From positions 12,662 to 76,661 of the forward strand of contig JBAZJR010000003.1 of assembly GCA_041651195.1 (NCBI GenBank): 64,000 nucleotides of DNA, written 5' to 3'. How positions within the stretch are numbered: position 1 is the stretch's first letter; every line of letters begins with the position of its first letter. The DNA comes from Patescibacteria group bacterium (lineage in GTDB: Bacteria; Patescibacteriota; Patescibacteriia; Patescibacteriales; UBA12465). A model generated the notes under the pieces. The model ran no database searches, was not told the origin of the DNA, and was given only the letters and a program-made list of their open reading frames with translations. The position numbers and the translations under genes are program-made. Positions 27,858 to 36,980 of the stretch are shown here, piece by piece.

Positions 27858-28332
27858 AGATTAAGGGATACCAGTTTTTGAGGCTGGAATTTTTTAATTT
27901 TTGCCGATTGACGTAACCTCGGAGCTGAACTTGCAAAGGCCGACCGTCTTGGCTGATGGCAAAGAATGCGGTGTCCGTCGGGCCGATTAAGACGCTAACT
28001 CCACGGTTGAGCAGGATAGAGCAAATTTCTTTCTTAGTCCCGCAAGAGTAGCCCAGGCGGTAATTTCCCGCCAGTCGCCCGTTATCATAAACGCTTAATA
28101 AGGCTATTTTTTGCCATCCGAAATTACGTTCATAAAAATTTGGCCAAAATTTGTCTGCTCTTTTTGCCACTGGGTCAGCGGCTAAGGTGAGGCAATCATT
28201 GTCGTCGGGCAACGGCTTCTGATATGGCAGCCAGTGCCACCAGTGAGATTGCTTGACGGAGAAAGGTTCCCAAAAAAATCTGAGTAGTGGCCAAAAGACA
28301 ATATCCAACCAGTGGCTTGGTTTTGTTTTCAT
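27856..28332 (-). CDS. hypothetical Trp-rich protein
   Basis: 158 aa with no recognisable motif. It is the only minus-strand gene within the roughly 43-kb plus-strand block. An AAGGA sits 10 nt upstream of the ATG. An AT-rich region lies upstream. Confidence 0.45.
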   Translation of the reverse strand: MKTKPSHWLDIVFWPLLRFFWEPFSVKQSHWWHWLPYQKPLPDDNDCLTLAADPVAKRADKFWPNFYERNFGWQKIALLSVYDNGRLAGNYRLGYSCGTKKEICSILLNRGVSVLIGPTDTAFFAISQDGRPLQVQLRGYVNRQKLKNSSLKNWYPLI

Positions 28333-28463
28333 TATTCACCCGTCCTTATTGTGAAAAGATCAATTAATTCTTATTTAATTAAAAATTATACAATTTTTAA
28401 TTATTTATGTCAATATTTATTTTATTTTTATTAAGTATTATAATTAATAAATAAGCTAATATT

Positions 28464-29729
28464 ATGATAAAATTAGAATTACTAGCACCGGCCGGAAATC
28501 TATTAAAAATGAAAACCGCCTTCGTCTATGGGGCGGACGCGGTCTATTTGGGCATCCCGGACTTTTCTTTGCGGGTCAGGATCAATGATTTTGACTTGGC
28601 GGGTGTCGGCCAGGCAGTAAAATACGCCCATGCGCAGGGTAAGCGAGTCTATGTGACAATAAATATCTTTGCGCATAACCGGCACCTAAGAAAGCTGCCA
28701 GCTTATTTAAAGAAGCTGAAAAGTTTCGGCGTGGACGCCTTGATTGTCTCTGACCCGGGCGTTTTGGCGTTGATCAAGAAAACCTGGCCGAGCGCGGAAA
28801 TCCATCTGTCCACGCAAGCTAACTGCACTAATTTAGAAGCGGTGGAATTTTGGGCGCGGCAAGGGGTCCGTCGGATCATCCTGGGTCGGGAAGTGACCTT
28901 AAAAGAAATAAAAGAAATCCATCAAGCCGTCCCGAAGATCGAATTAGAATATTTCGTCCACGGCGCGATGTGCATGGCTTATTCCGGCCGTTGTTTCCTG
29001 TCTAAGTTATTCGTTGGTCGGAGCGGCAACCTGGGCGACTGCGCCCAGCCTTGCCGTTGGGAATATGACGTCACGGAATATAAATTAAAAACCGGCGGTC
29101 ACGATGAAGAATTAGAACTGGTTGAGGAAAGGCATGGCGCCTATCTCCTGAATTCCAAGGATTTGTGTCTGCTAAAATATCTGAAAGAATTAAAGGCGGC
29201 CGGCATCACTAGTTTCAAGATTGAGGGCCGGGCGAAAAGCGTCTACTATCAGGCGACAGCGGTCGGTATTTATCGCCGCGCTTTAAGTTTGTTGAATAAG
29301 AAAATTACCGTGTCGCAATTAAAGAAAGAATTAGCCTATCTTTACTCCGAACTGGAAACTAAATTAGTGCATCGCGGCTATACGACCGGTTTCTTGTTAG
29401 GTACTAAGGCTGATCAGAATATAAAGAATTCCCATAATTCTAGCGCCTGGGAATTCTGCGGCCAGGTGCTTAAGACAAAGAAAGGTATCGGCGCTAAGAC
29501 GCGCGTTTATTTCCAAGTCCATAATACGGTGAAGGTCGGCGACACAGTAGAGATTATCCGGCCGGATTATGATATAATCAAGATATCTTTGGATCAGCTT
29601 TGGGACGCGAAAACCGGCCAAGAAATCAGAGAAGCGCATGGCGGCGGGGGCGGGCAGACAGCGGTCTTGGAAGTGCCGGCGAGTATCGGAGAGATCCCAG
29701 TTATAACAGTTTTGAGGAGAAAAATTTAG
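28464..29729 (+). CDS. peptidase U32 family protein (collagenase-like / RNA hydroxylation-associated family)
   Basis: 421 aa. IKLELLAPAGNLLKMKTAFVYGADAVYLG…, …LSTQANCTN…, …EYFVHGAMCMAYSGRCFLS…GNLGDCAQPCRW. Confidence 0.85.
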   Translation: MIKLELLAPAGNLLKMKTAFVYGADAVYLGIPDFSLRVRINDFDLAGVGQAVKYAHAQGKRVYVTINIFAHNRHLRKLPAYLKKLKSFGVDALIVSDPGVLALIKKTWPSAEIHLSTQANCTNLEAVEFWARQGVRRIILGREVTLKEIKEIHQAVPKIELEYFVHGAMCMAYSGRCFLSKLFVGRSGNLGDCAQPCRWEYDVTEYKLKTGGHDEELELVEERHGAYLLNSKDLCLLKYLKELKAAGITSFKIEGRAKSVYYQATAVGIYRRALSLLNKKITVSQLKKELAYLYSELETKLVHRGYTTGFLLGTKADQNIKNSHNSSAWEFCGQVLKTKKGIGAKTRVYFQVHNTVKVGDTVEIIRPDYDIIKISLDQLWDAKTGQEIREAHGGGGGQTAVLEVPASIGEIPVITVLRRKI

Positions 29730-29738
29730 TGTTCATAT

Positions 29739-30320
29739 ATGATTTCATTTTTACGCGGACGGGTAATCCATAAGAGCCTTAATTACGCAATTTTAGAAGT
29801 GGCCGATATCGGCTATCAAGTTTTTGTCGGCGAAACTTTCTTGAATGACCTGAAAATCGGACAAGAGGCGGAGATATTCACGCACCATCAGGTCCGGGAA
29901 GAGGCCAGCGATCTTTATGGTTTTAAGACTTTAGAAGATTTAGAATTATTCGAATTGCTGCTCACGGTTTCTGGCGTCGGTCCGAAATCGGCCATGGGGA
30001 TCCTCTCTATCGCGACAGCCGGCGATATCAAAGAAGCGATCATTCGCGGCGACGCTAATCTCTTGACTAAGGTTTCCGGCATCGGCAAGAAGACGGCTGA
30101 ACGTCTAGTTTTAGAATTGAAAACTAAGGTTATCCGTTCCGGCGGCGCGGCTGTTACGATCAATTCCGCGGCTCTTGGCGGGAGCGACGAGATCGACGCC
30201 CTGATGTCTCTCGGCTATTCTTTAAGCGAAGCGCGAGCCGCTCTCAACGCGTTGGAGCCTGGCATTACGGACAGTGGCGAGCGGGTGAAGGCGGCCCTGA
30301 AGAAAATTGCTAGGAAATAG
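29739..30320 (+). CDS. ruvA: Holliday junction DNA helicase subunit RuvA
   Basis: MISFLRGRV…VGYQVFV…HHQVREEASDLYGF…FELLLTVSGVGPKSAMGILS…LTKVSGIGKKTAERLVLELK. Confidence 0.93.
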   Translation: MISFLRGRVIHKSLNYAILEVADIGYQVFVGETFLNDLKIGQEAEIFTHHQVREEASDLYGFKTLEDLELFELLLTVSGVGPKSAMGILSIATAGDIKEAIIRGDANLLTKVSGIGKKTAERLVLELKTKVIRSGGAAVTINSAALGGSDEIDALMSLGYSLSEARAALNALEPGITDSGERVKAALKKIARK

Positions 30321-30417
30321 TCTAGTTTTATCTCGCCAATTTGATTATAAATATTCTTTACAAGTCAGGTTTTTTTCGTTAGTATAAAGATAAATTCATT
30401 CCCTCTATCTATATTTT

Positions 30418-31644
30418 ATGCGCCAATCTCAGCTTTTTACTAAAACCGTCAAGGAATTGCCCAAAGACGAAACCAGCTATAACGCGCAAGCCATGATCAG
30501 GGCTGGTTTTATCGATAAAGTCGGCGCTGGCATCTATTCCTATCTGCCTTTAGGCAAAAGAGTATTGGATAAGATCTGTCAGGTCGTTCGAGAAGAGATG
30601 GACGCTTTGGGCGGCCAGGAAATATTGATGACTGCCCTCATCCCGAAAAATAATTTGGAGATTTCCGGCCGCTGGGCGACTTTTGATGTCTTATTCCGTT
30701 TGGCTGGCAATGATCAGAAAGAATATGCTTTAGGTGCGACCCATGAAGAAATAGTGGCGCCGCTCGCGAAAAAATTTGTCTTCTCGTATAAGGACCTGCC
30801 CTTTGGCGTCTATCAGATTCAGACTAAATTCCGTAATGAAAAGAGGGCTAAGGCCGGACTCTTGCGTGGCCGAGAATTTTTGATGAAAGATTTGTATTCT
30901 TTCCATGTTGACCAGGCCGACTTGGATCTTTATTACGATAAAGCGATTACAGCTTATCACCGCATCTACGAACGTCTCGGTTTAGGCGACCGGACTTATT
31001 TGACATATGCTTCGGGCGGCTCATTTTCTAAATATTCCCATGAATTCCAGACTCTGTCTGAGGCTGGCGAAGACCTGGTTTACATCTGTGAAAAATGCCG
31101 GGTGGCGGTCAACCGGGAAATAATCGAAGAGCAGAAGATTTGTCCGATCTGCGGCAATAAAGACTTGGTTGAGAAAAAGGCGATTGAAGTCGGCAACATA
31201 TTTAAATTAGGGACAAAATTTTCTGAACCATTTGGCGTCAAATATAAGGATCAGACCGGGGAAGAACAGACGGCCATCATGGGCTGCTACGGTATCGGTC
31301 CGAGTCGGATCATGGGGACGATCGTAGAGACTTATCATGATGATCGGGGCATCATCTGGCCAGCCGGCGTGGCGCCATTTAAAGTTCACCTTATTTCCCT
31401 TAATGAGAATGAAAAGTCAGGCCAGATTTATGCTGATTTGGTTAAAAATGGGGCAGAAGTCTTATATGACGATCGTGATTTGTCGGCGGGTGAAAAATTT
31501 GCTGATGCCGATCTAATCGGCTGTCCATATCGGGTCGTGATCAGTAAAAAGACTTTGGCTGCGGATAGCGTAGAAATAAAAGAACGGTCTGCCGGCACGA
31601 GCGAATTAATCAAGATTAACGATCTCGCCTCTAAATTATCATAA
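30418..31644 (+). CDS. proS: proline--tRNA ligase, bacterial-type N-terminus but lacking the INS editing domain (408 aa)
   Basis: MRQSQLFTKTVKELPKD…AQAMIRAGFIDKVGAGIYSYLPLG, motif 2 FRNEKRAKAGLLRGREFLMKDLYSFH, motif 3 MGCYGIGPSRIMG, and a C-terminal anticodon-binding domain. A short CxxC…CxxC segment sits where the INS would be. Confidence 0.85.
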   Translation: MRQSQLFTKTVKELPKDETSYNAQAMIRAGFIDKVGAGIYSYLPLGKRVLDKICQVVREEMDALGGQEILMTALIPKNNLEISGRWATFDVLFRLAGNDQKEYALGATHEEIVAPLAKKFVFSYKDLPFGVYQIQTKFRNEKRAKAGLLRGREFLMKDLYSFHVDQADLDLYYDKAITAYHRIYERLGLGDRTYLTYASGGSFSKYSHEFQTLSEAGEDLVYICEKCRVAVNREIIEEQKICPICGNKDLVEKKAIEVGNIFKLGTKFSEPFGVKYKDQTGEEQTAIMGCYGIGPSRIMGTIVETYHDDRGIIWPAGVAPFKVHLISLNENEKSGQIYADLVKNGAEVLYDDRDLSAGEKFADADLIGCPYRVVISKKTLAADSVEIKERSAGTSELIKINDLASKLS

Positions 31645-31647
31645 ATT

Positions 31648-32688
31648 ATGTTCAATAATCTCCTCGGAAAATTCAGCCACGATCTTGGCATCGATCTAGG
31701 GACGAAGAATACCCTGGTCTATGTCGAGGGTAAAGGCATCGTGATCAACGAGCCGAGCGTCGTCGCGATCAATAAGCGGACGAACGAGATTTTGGAAGTG
31801 GGCGAGGCGGCCAGGAAGATGGTCGGTAAGACGCCGGGCCACATCGAAGCGATCAAGCCGCTCGTCGAAGGGATTATCTCTGATTTTGAAGTGACGGAGA
31901 AGATGCTTAAATATTTCATCGGCAAGGTCCATAAGGATAATTTTACCTTGATTTCCCGACCGCGGGTCGTGATCGGCATCCCGATGGAGCTCACCGAAGT
32001 GGAGAAGAAAGCGGTGGAAGACGCGGCTAAGTCGGCCGGCGCCCGTAAGGTCTATCTGATCGAAGAGGCGATGGCGGCGGCGATCGGCGCGCGCTTGCCG
32101 GTGACGGAAGCGACCGCGACCATGATCGTCGATATCGGCGGCGGCACCACGGAAATCGCCGTGATCTCCTTGGGCGGCGTCGTGACCTGGAAATCTTTGA
32201 AAGCGGCCGGCAACGAATTCGACAGCAATATCATCGAATATATCCGCGAAGAATTCAATATCTTGATCGGCGAACAGCTGGCCGAGTCCATCAAGATTGC
32301 CGTCGGTTCGGCCGTGTCTCTCGATACGCCGCAGGAGATAGAAGTGCGCGGCCGCGATCTGATCACCGGCCTCCCGAAAGCGCTGATGGCGAGCGATAAG
32401 CAGATCCGGGAAGCGATCAGCCGGACGGTCGTCAAGATCATCGATAATATCAAGACCATCTTAGAGACGACGCCGCCGGAATTGGTTTCCGATATCTATG
32501 AACGCGGGCTTTTCCTCTCGGGCGGCGGCGCGCTCTTGCGCGGCTTAGACCAGGCGATTTCCGCCGCGACGAAGATTCCGGTCAAGATCGTGGACGATCC
32601 GCTGACTTGCGTCGCCCGCGGCACCGGCATCTTATTATCTGATGACGGTCTTTTGGAAAAAGTGATCGCGCCTAATAACCGGGAATAA
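31648..32688 (+). CDS. mreB: rod shape-determining protein MreB
   Basis: LGIDLGTKNTLVYV…VINEPSVVAI…MIVDIGGGTTEIAVISLGG…LSGGGALLRGLD. It heads an mreBCD operon. Confidence 0.95.
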   Translation: MFNNLLGKFSHDLGIDLGTKNTLVYVEGKGIVINEPSVVAINKRTNEILEVGEAARKMVGKTPGHIEAIKPLVEGIISDFEVTEKMLKYFIGKVHKDNFTLISRPRVVIGIPMELTEVEKKAVEDAAKSAGARKVYLIEEAMAAAIGARLPVTEATATMIVDIGGGTTEIAVISLGGVVTWKSLKAAGNEFDSNIIEYIREEFNILIGEQLAESIKIAVGSAVSLDTPQEIEVRGRDLITGLPKALMASDKQIREAISRTVVKIIDNIKTILETTPPELVSDIYERGLFLSGGGALLRGLDQAISAATKIPVKIVDDPLTCVARGTGILLSDDGLLEKVIAPNNRE

Positions 32689-32690
32689 TT

Positions 32691-33494
32691 ATGATGAAGA
32701 TAAGAAGAAATAACCCTGTCCTGATCTTTATAGTAGCGGCTGGGCTGCTGTTTTTTTTACATAGTCTAGGCGTGACCCGTCCGGTAGAAAATTTGTTCTG
32801 GCTCTTAGTCAAGCCGCTCGGCGCGCGACTCTACGGCTGGGGAGAATCTTTCAATGATTTTTATAGCGCCAATAAGAACCAAGCCGATCTAAGCGCCCAG
32901 ATCGACCGGCTGACTAAAGAAGTGGCTATCTTGACGGTCGCCAATTCTCAGTATCGGGAGACAGAAGAAGAAAACAAAAAATTACGGGCGACACTTGACT
33001 TCAGCGCCGCGGCTGATTTTCGGACGATCGTCGCTAACGTGATCGCGAAAGAAACGGTCGCCGAAGATAGCCGCGGCTTGATTATCGATCGTGGTACGGG
33101 CGACGGCTTACGAGCCGGCTTAGGCGTCATCAGCGAAGAGGGAGCGATCATCGGCAAGGTTGTCGAAGTAAAAGCGTCGACGGCCAGGGTTTGCTTGACG
33201 ACTAATCCTAATTGTCAGCTGGCCGCGACTCTCCAGAACCAGGAACGGACGCAGGGGATGACCGATGGCGACCTCGGACTGACCATCAAGATGAATTATA
33301 TCCCACAGTTAGAAAAAATCGCGCCGGGCGATCCGGTAATCACTTCCGGTTTGGGAGGAGATATCCCGCGCGGGCTGGTCATCGGCCGCGTGACCAAGGT
33401 CTATAATGCCAGTAACGAGGTCTGGCAGGAAGCGACGATCGAGCCGCTGGTCAATTCCAATAATCTGACGGTCGTCTCAGTGGTCATCCCTTAA
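32691..33494 (+). CDS. mreC: rod shape-determining protein MreC
   Basis: 267 aa. N-terminal TM, a coiled-coil (LTKEVAILTVANSQYRETEEENKKLR), then a beta-barrel domain with …VITSGLGGDIPRGLVIGRV. It follows mreB. Confidence 0.85.
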   Translation: MMKIRRNNPVLIFIVAAGLLFFLHSLGVTRPVENLFWLLVKPLGARLYGWGESFNDFYSANKNQADLSAQIDRLTKEVAILTVANSQYRETEEENKKLRATLDFSAAADFRTIVANVIAKETVAEDSRGLIIDRGTGDGLRAGLGVISEEGAIIGKVVEVKASTARVCLTTNPNCQLAATLQNQERTQGMTDGDLGLTIKMNYIPQLEKIAPGDPVITSGLGGDIPRGLVIGRVTKVYNASNEVWQEATIEPLVNSNNLTVVSVVIP

Positions 33495-33497
33495 ACT

Positions 33498-34031
33498 ATG
33501 TTCAGGAAAATTACCCAGATAATAATCTTGGCCTGTATCGTCGCGGTGGCGGCGATCATCCAGTTTTCTTTCATCTTCGCTTTGCCGCCTTTTTGGGCGG
33601 CGAATAATCTACTCCTGATTATCCTGATTTTCGCGCTCTTCTTTTATGATCTCCGTTCGGCCTTAGGCGTCGCGTTCATCGGCGGCCTAGTTTTAGATTT
33701 ATTTTCTTTCCATTTTTTTGGTTTTTATATATTAGCCCTATTCTTGACCGCTTGGCCGATGGAGGCAGTCTTGCGCGGCTGGCTGACTAACCGCTCTTTA
33801 TATTCTTTCGGACTTCTGATCCTGCTAGCGACCGTGCTTTATAACCTATTAGTCGCCTGCCTGGCCTATTTTTTTTCCGCCGGCCCGTCCGAATTTTTCC
33901 TGACGGAGGCCGCTTTCTGGCGCTCGCTCGGCTACCAGTGCCTCTGGAGCGGGCTAGCGGCTCTTCTGCTTTTCAGTTTAGCCGGCGCCGCGACGCGGCG
34001 GCTCAAGCCTTTCTTTTTGGAAAAGAAGTAG
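33498..34031 (+). CDS. mreD: rod shape-determining protein MreD
   Basis: 177-aa polytopic membrane protein immediately after mreC. Assigned by position and hydrophobicity. Confidence 0.65.
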   Translation: MFRKITQIIILACIVAVAAIIQFSFIFALPPFWAANNLLLIILIFALFFYDLRSALGVAFIGGLVLDLFSFHFFGFYILALFLTAWPMEAVLRGWLTNRSLYSFGLLILLATVLYNLLVACLAYFFSAGPSEFFLTEAAFWRSLGYQCLWSGLAALLLFSLAGAATRRLKPFFLEKK

Positions 34032-34077
34032 GATTTATGGTAATATAGACAAAGTAGCTGTAAATAATTGTAAATTT

Positions 34078-35088
34078 ATGCATGATTTTATCACTATCGG
34101 CGGGACGACCCGCGACGTTTCTTTTTTCACTGACCAGGGCGTCTTACTGGATAATCGTCGGGATATCCTGAAGCAAAAAGTCTTAGCTTTCGAGTCGGGC
34201 GCCAAGATCAAGGTAGACAAGTTCTATTATTCCTACGGCGGCGGCGCGGCTAACGCGGCGGTCTGCTTGACTAGGCTCGGTCTGCGGGCGGCTTGCCTTG
34301 CTCCGATCGGCAACGACCGTGACGGCGAATTGATTACCGAGAATCTGTGCGCGCGCGGCGTAGACGTCAGCCTATTACAGACGATCCGGGGAGAAGAAAG
34401 CAGTTCTTCTTTCATCTTGATCGCCCCTTCCGGCGAGCGCATAATTTTCGCCCAGCGCGGCGCTAATACCCGGATGAAGATCGGCCGCTCCGCCCTGGCC
34501 GCTTTGAAAAAGACGAATAATGTCTACATCGCTTCTTTGGCCGGCAATTGGCTGGCTAATCTGCGCCAGATCTTTTCCGCCATCGGCCATAACAGCCATC
34601 ATATCTTTTGGAACCCGGGCATGACCCAGCTCTTGGGCGGCGTCAAGCCGATTGCCGCTTTCTTGAAGAAGACGACCGTCTTGTCTTGCAATAAGGATGA
34701 AGCCCTGCAATTAGCGCTCGCCTCTCCCCGATACCGTCATCTAGGGAAAAAGTTCCTGGATCAGGAAGAGAATCTGGTCAAGCTTATCCAGAGCTTCGGG
34801 CCGCGGATCGCGGTCATTACGCTCGGCGGCGACGGCGTTATCGCCTATGACGGCCATCAGGTTTATCGCCATAGTATCATCAAAGAAAAGAAGCGGGTAG
34901 ATACGACCGGCATCGGCGATGTTTTTAATTCTTCTTTTGCCGCCGGTCTGACTTTATATAACGGCGACATCGATCGGGCTTTCGCCCTGAGCCTCCGGAA
35001 CGCGGCCGCTAAAGTAGCGCATCTGGGCGCTCAGAACGGCTTGCTCCGTTTGCCGCGTCGGAAAAAATCAGCGGTAATCTGGAAATAA
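34078..35088 (+). CDS. PfkB-family carbohydrate kinase (ribokinase-like)
   Basis: …SYGGGAANAAV… (GG motif) and C-terminal VDTTGIGDVFNSSFAAGL (DTxGAGD-type). Confidence 0.8.
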   Translation: MHDFITIGGTTRDVSFFTDQGVLLDNRRDILKQKVLAFESGAKIKVDKFYYSYGGGAANAAVCLTRLGLRAACLAPIGNDRDGELITENLCARGVDVSLLQTIRGEESSSSFILIAPSGERIIFAQRGANTRMKIGRSALAALKKTNNVYIASLAGNWLANLRQIFSAIGHNSHHIFWNPGMTQLLGGVKPIAAFLKKTTVLSCNKDEALQLALASPRYRHLGKKFLDQEENLVKLIQSFGPRIAVITLGGDGVIAYDGHQVYRHSIIKEKKRVDTTGIGDVFNSSFAAGLTLYNGDIDRAFALSLRNAAAKVAHLGAQNGLLRLPRRKKSAVIWK

Positions 35089-35110
35089 TAATCAACGCGA
35101 TTTAAAATAT

Positions 35111-35560
35111 ATGCAGGATCTTATCATTAAGAAATTAGAAAAGTATACTGACGAGCGCGGCTGGCTGACCGAGATCTTCCGGCGCGACGAACTAGATTTT
35201 ACGCCGGCGATGTCCTATGTCAGCCTGACTAATCCCGGCATCGTCCGCGGGCCGCACGAGCACGTCAGCCAGAGCGATTGTTTCGTCTTTCTTGGGCCGG
35301 GTAATTTCCGTCTGTATCTCTGGGATCGGCGCGAAAGTTCGACTACTAAAGGAGAGGCTATGGAGCTAGAGGTCGGCGCGGATAACCCGATTCTCGTGAT
35401 CGTGCCGCCCGGCATCGTCCACGGTTATAAATGTATTTCCGATACGCCGGCTTTAAGCATCAATCTGCCCGACCAATTATATAAAGGTGCGGGGAAGAAA
35501 GAGGAAATAGACGAAATCCGCTGGGAAATCGATCCGGCCTCGCCTTATAAGATAGATTAG
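35111..35560 (+). CDS. dTDP-4-dehydrorhamnose 3,5-epimerase-like cupin (RmlC-related)
   Basis: 149 aa. …YTDERGWLTEIFR…GIVRGPHEH…FVFLGPGNFRLYLWD…VPPGIVHGYK. Confidence 0.6.
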   Translation: MQDLIIKKLEKYTDERGWLTEIFRRDELDFTPAMSYVSLTNPGIVRGPHEHVSQSDCFVFLGPGNFRLYLWDRRESSTTKGEAMELEVGADNPILVIVPPGIVHGYKCISDTPALSINLPDQLYKGAGKKEEIDEIRWEIDPASPYKID

Positions 35561-35570
35561 CCTAAATTAT

Positions 35571-35966
35571 ATGTGTGTCTTCTGCCAGATCGTCAGCGGG
35601 GAAATTCCGTCCTATAAAGTCTATGAAGATGATCAGGTCTTGGCTTTTTTGGATATCTATCCGGCTAGCCCGGGCCATACCTTGGTGATCACGAAAAAAC
35701 ATTATCAGAATCTGGAAGAGACCCCGGAGGGAGAGCTGGCGGACTTGATGATCAAGGTTAAACGGATCGGCCGCTTGTTGAAAGATAAATTAGGCGTCGT
35801 CGGCTATAATATTTCAGAAAATAATGATCCGGTGGCCGGTCAGGAGATACCGCATATCCATTTCCATATCATCCCGCGCCGCGCCGGCGATGGCCTGGGA
35901 CCCTGGCCGAAGATAGATTATAAGGAAGGCGAAGCGGCCGCCATCTTAAAAAAATTAACTAGCTAA
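35571..35966 (+). CDS. HIT family protein (Hint-like)
   Basis: MCVFCQIVSGEIPSYKVYEDDQVLAFLDIYPASPGHTLVITKKH…QEIPHIHFHIIPR. Confidence 0.88.
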   Translation: MCVFCQIVSGEIPSYKVYEDDQVLAFLDIYPASPGHTLVITKKHYQNLEETPEGELADLMIKVKRIGRLLKDKLGVVGYNISENNDPVAGQEIPHIHFHIIPRRAGDGLGPWPKIDYKEGEAAAILKKLTS

Positions 35967-35967
35967 T

Positions 35968-36951
35968 ATGAGATTACTCGTTACCGGCGGCGCCGGCTTC
36001 ATCGGTTCTAACTTCATCCACTATTGGCTTAATAATCATCCAGACGACGAAATAATCAATCTGGATATTTTAACTTACGCCGGCAATTTAGAAAATTTGC
36101 GGGATGTCGAAAGCAGCCCGCATTATAAATTCGTCAAAGGCGATATCGGCGATGCCACTTTAGTCAATGATTTAACCAGAGGCTTGGATTTGATCGTCCA
36201 TTTCGCGGCCGAAAGCCACGTTGACCGTTCGATCAAGGATAGCGCCGATTTTATCAGGACTAATGTGGAGGGCACGCGTGTCCTCTTAGAAGCGGCTAAG
36301 AATAACGGCGGTATCCGCTTCCATCATATTTCTACCGACGAAGTCTTCGGCGCCCTGGATTTTAACGCGCCGAAGTTTAGCGAGGCTACGCCCTATGATC
36401 CCCGATCGCCCTATAGCGCGTCTAAAGCGGCGTCGGACCATTTGGTTCGCGCCTATTATCATACCTATAAATTGCCGATCACGATTTCCAATTGTTCTAA
36501 TAATTACGGCCCCTACCAGTATCCGGAAAAATTGATTCCGCTGTTTATTACCAATCTATTAGAAGGGAATAAAGTACCAGTCTATGGCGCCGGGAAGAAT
36601 ATCCGCGACTGGATCCATGTCGATGACCATAACCGCGGCGTCGAGCTCGTCATCCAGAAGGGCCGGATTGGCGGAACTTATTGCTTGGGCGGCGGCAATG
36701 AGATGACTAATTTGGAAATTACCAAATTAATTTTAGGCCTGATGGGCCAGAGCGAAGACCAGGTAGAATATGTCGCCGACCGTCTCGGCCATGACCTTAG
36801 ATATGCGATCGATTACGCCAAAGCCAAGACGGAATTAGGCTGGGAACCGCAGATCGATTTTACGCTCGGCTTGGGACAGGTCGTCGCTTGGTATAAAAAT
36901 AACGAAGCTTGGTGGAAAAGATTGAAGAAAAATAACGGAAGCAATAATTAA
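35968..36951 (+). CDS. rfbB: dTDP-glucose 4,6-dehydratase
   Basis: MRLLVTGGAGFIGSNFIHY…LTYAGNLENL…HFAAESHVDRSI…ISTDEVFG…PYSASKAASDHLVRAY. Confidence 0.9.
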   Translation: MRLLVTGGAGFIGSNFIHYWLNNHPDDEIINLDILTYAGNLENLRDVESSPHYKFVKGDIGDATLVNDLTRGLDLIVHFAAESHVDRSIKDSADFIRTNVEGTRVLLEAAKNNGGIRFHHISTDEVFGALDFNAPKFSEATPYDPRSPYSASKAASDHLVRAYYHTYKLPITISNCSNNYGPYQYPEKLIPLFITNLLEGNKVPVYGAGKNIRDWIHVDDHNRGVELVIQKGRIGGTYCLGGGNEMTNLEITKLILGLMGQSEDQVEYVADRLGHDLRYAIDYAKAKTELGWEPQIDFTLGLGQVVAWYKNNEAWWKRLKKNNGSNN

Positions 36952-36980
36952 TCCCGTCCGCCGCGGCCGGTAATATCAAT

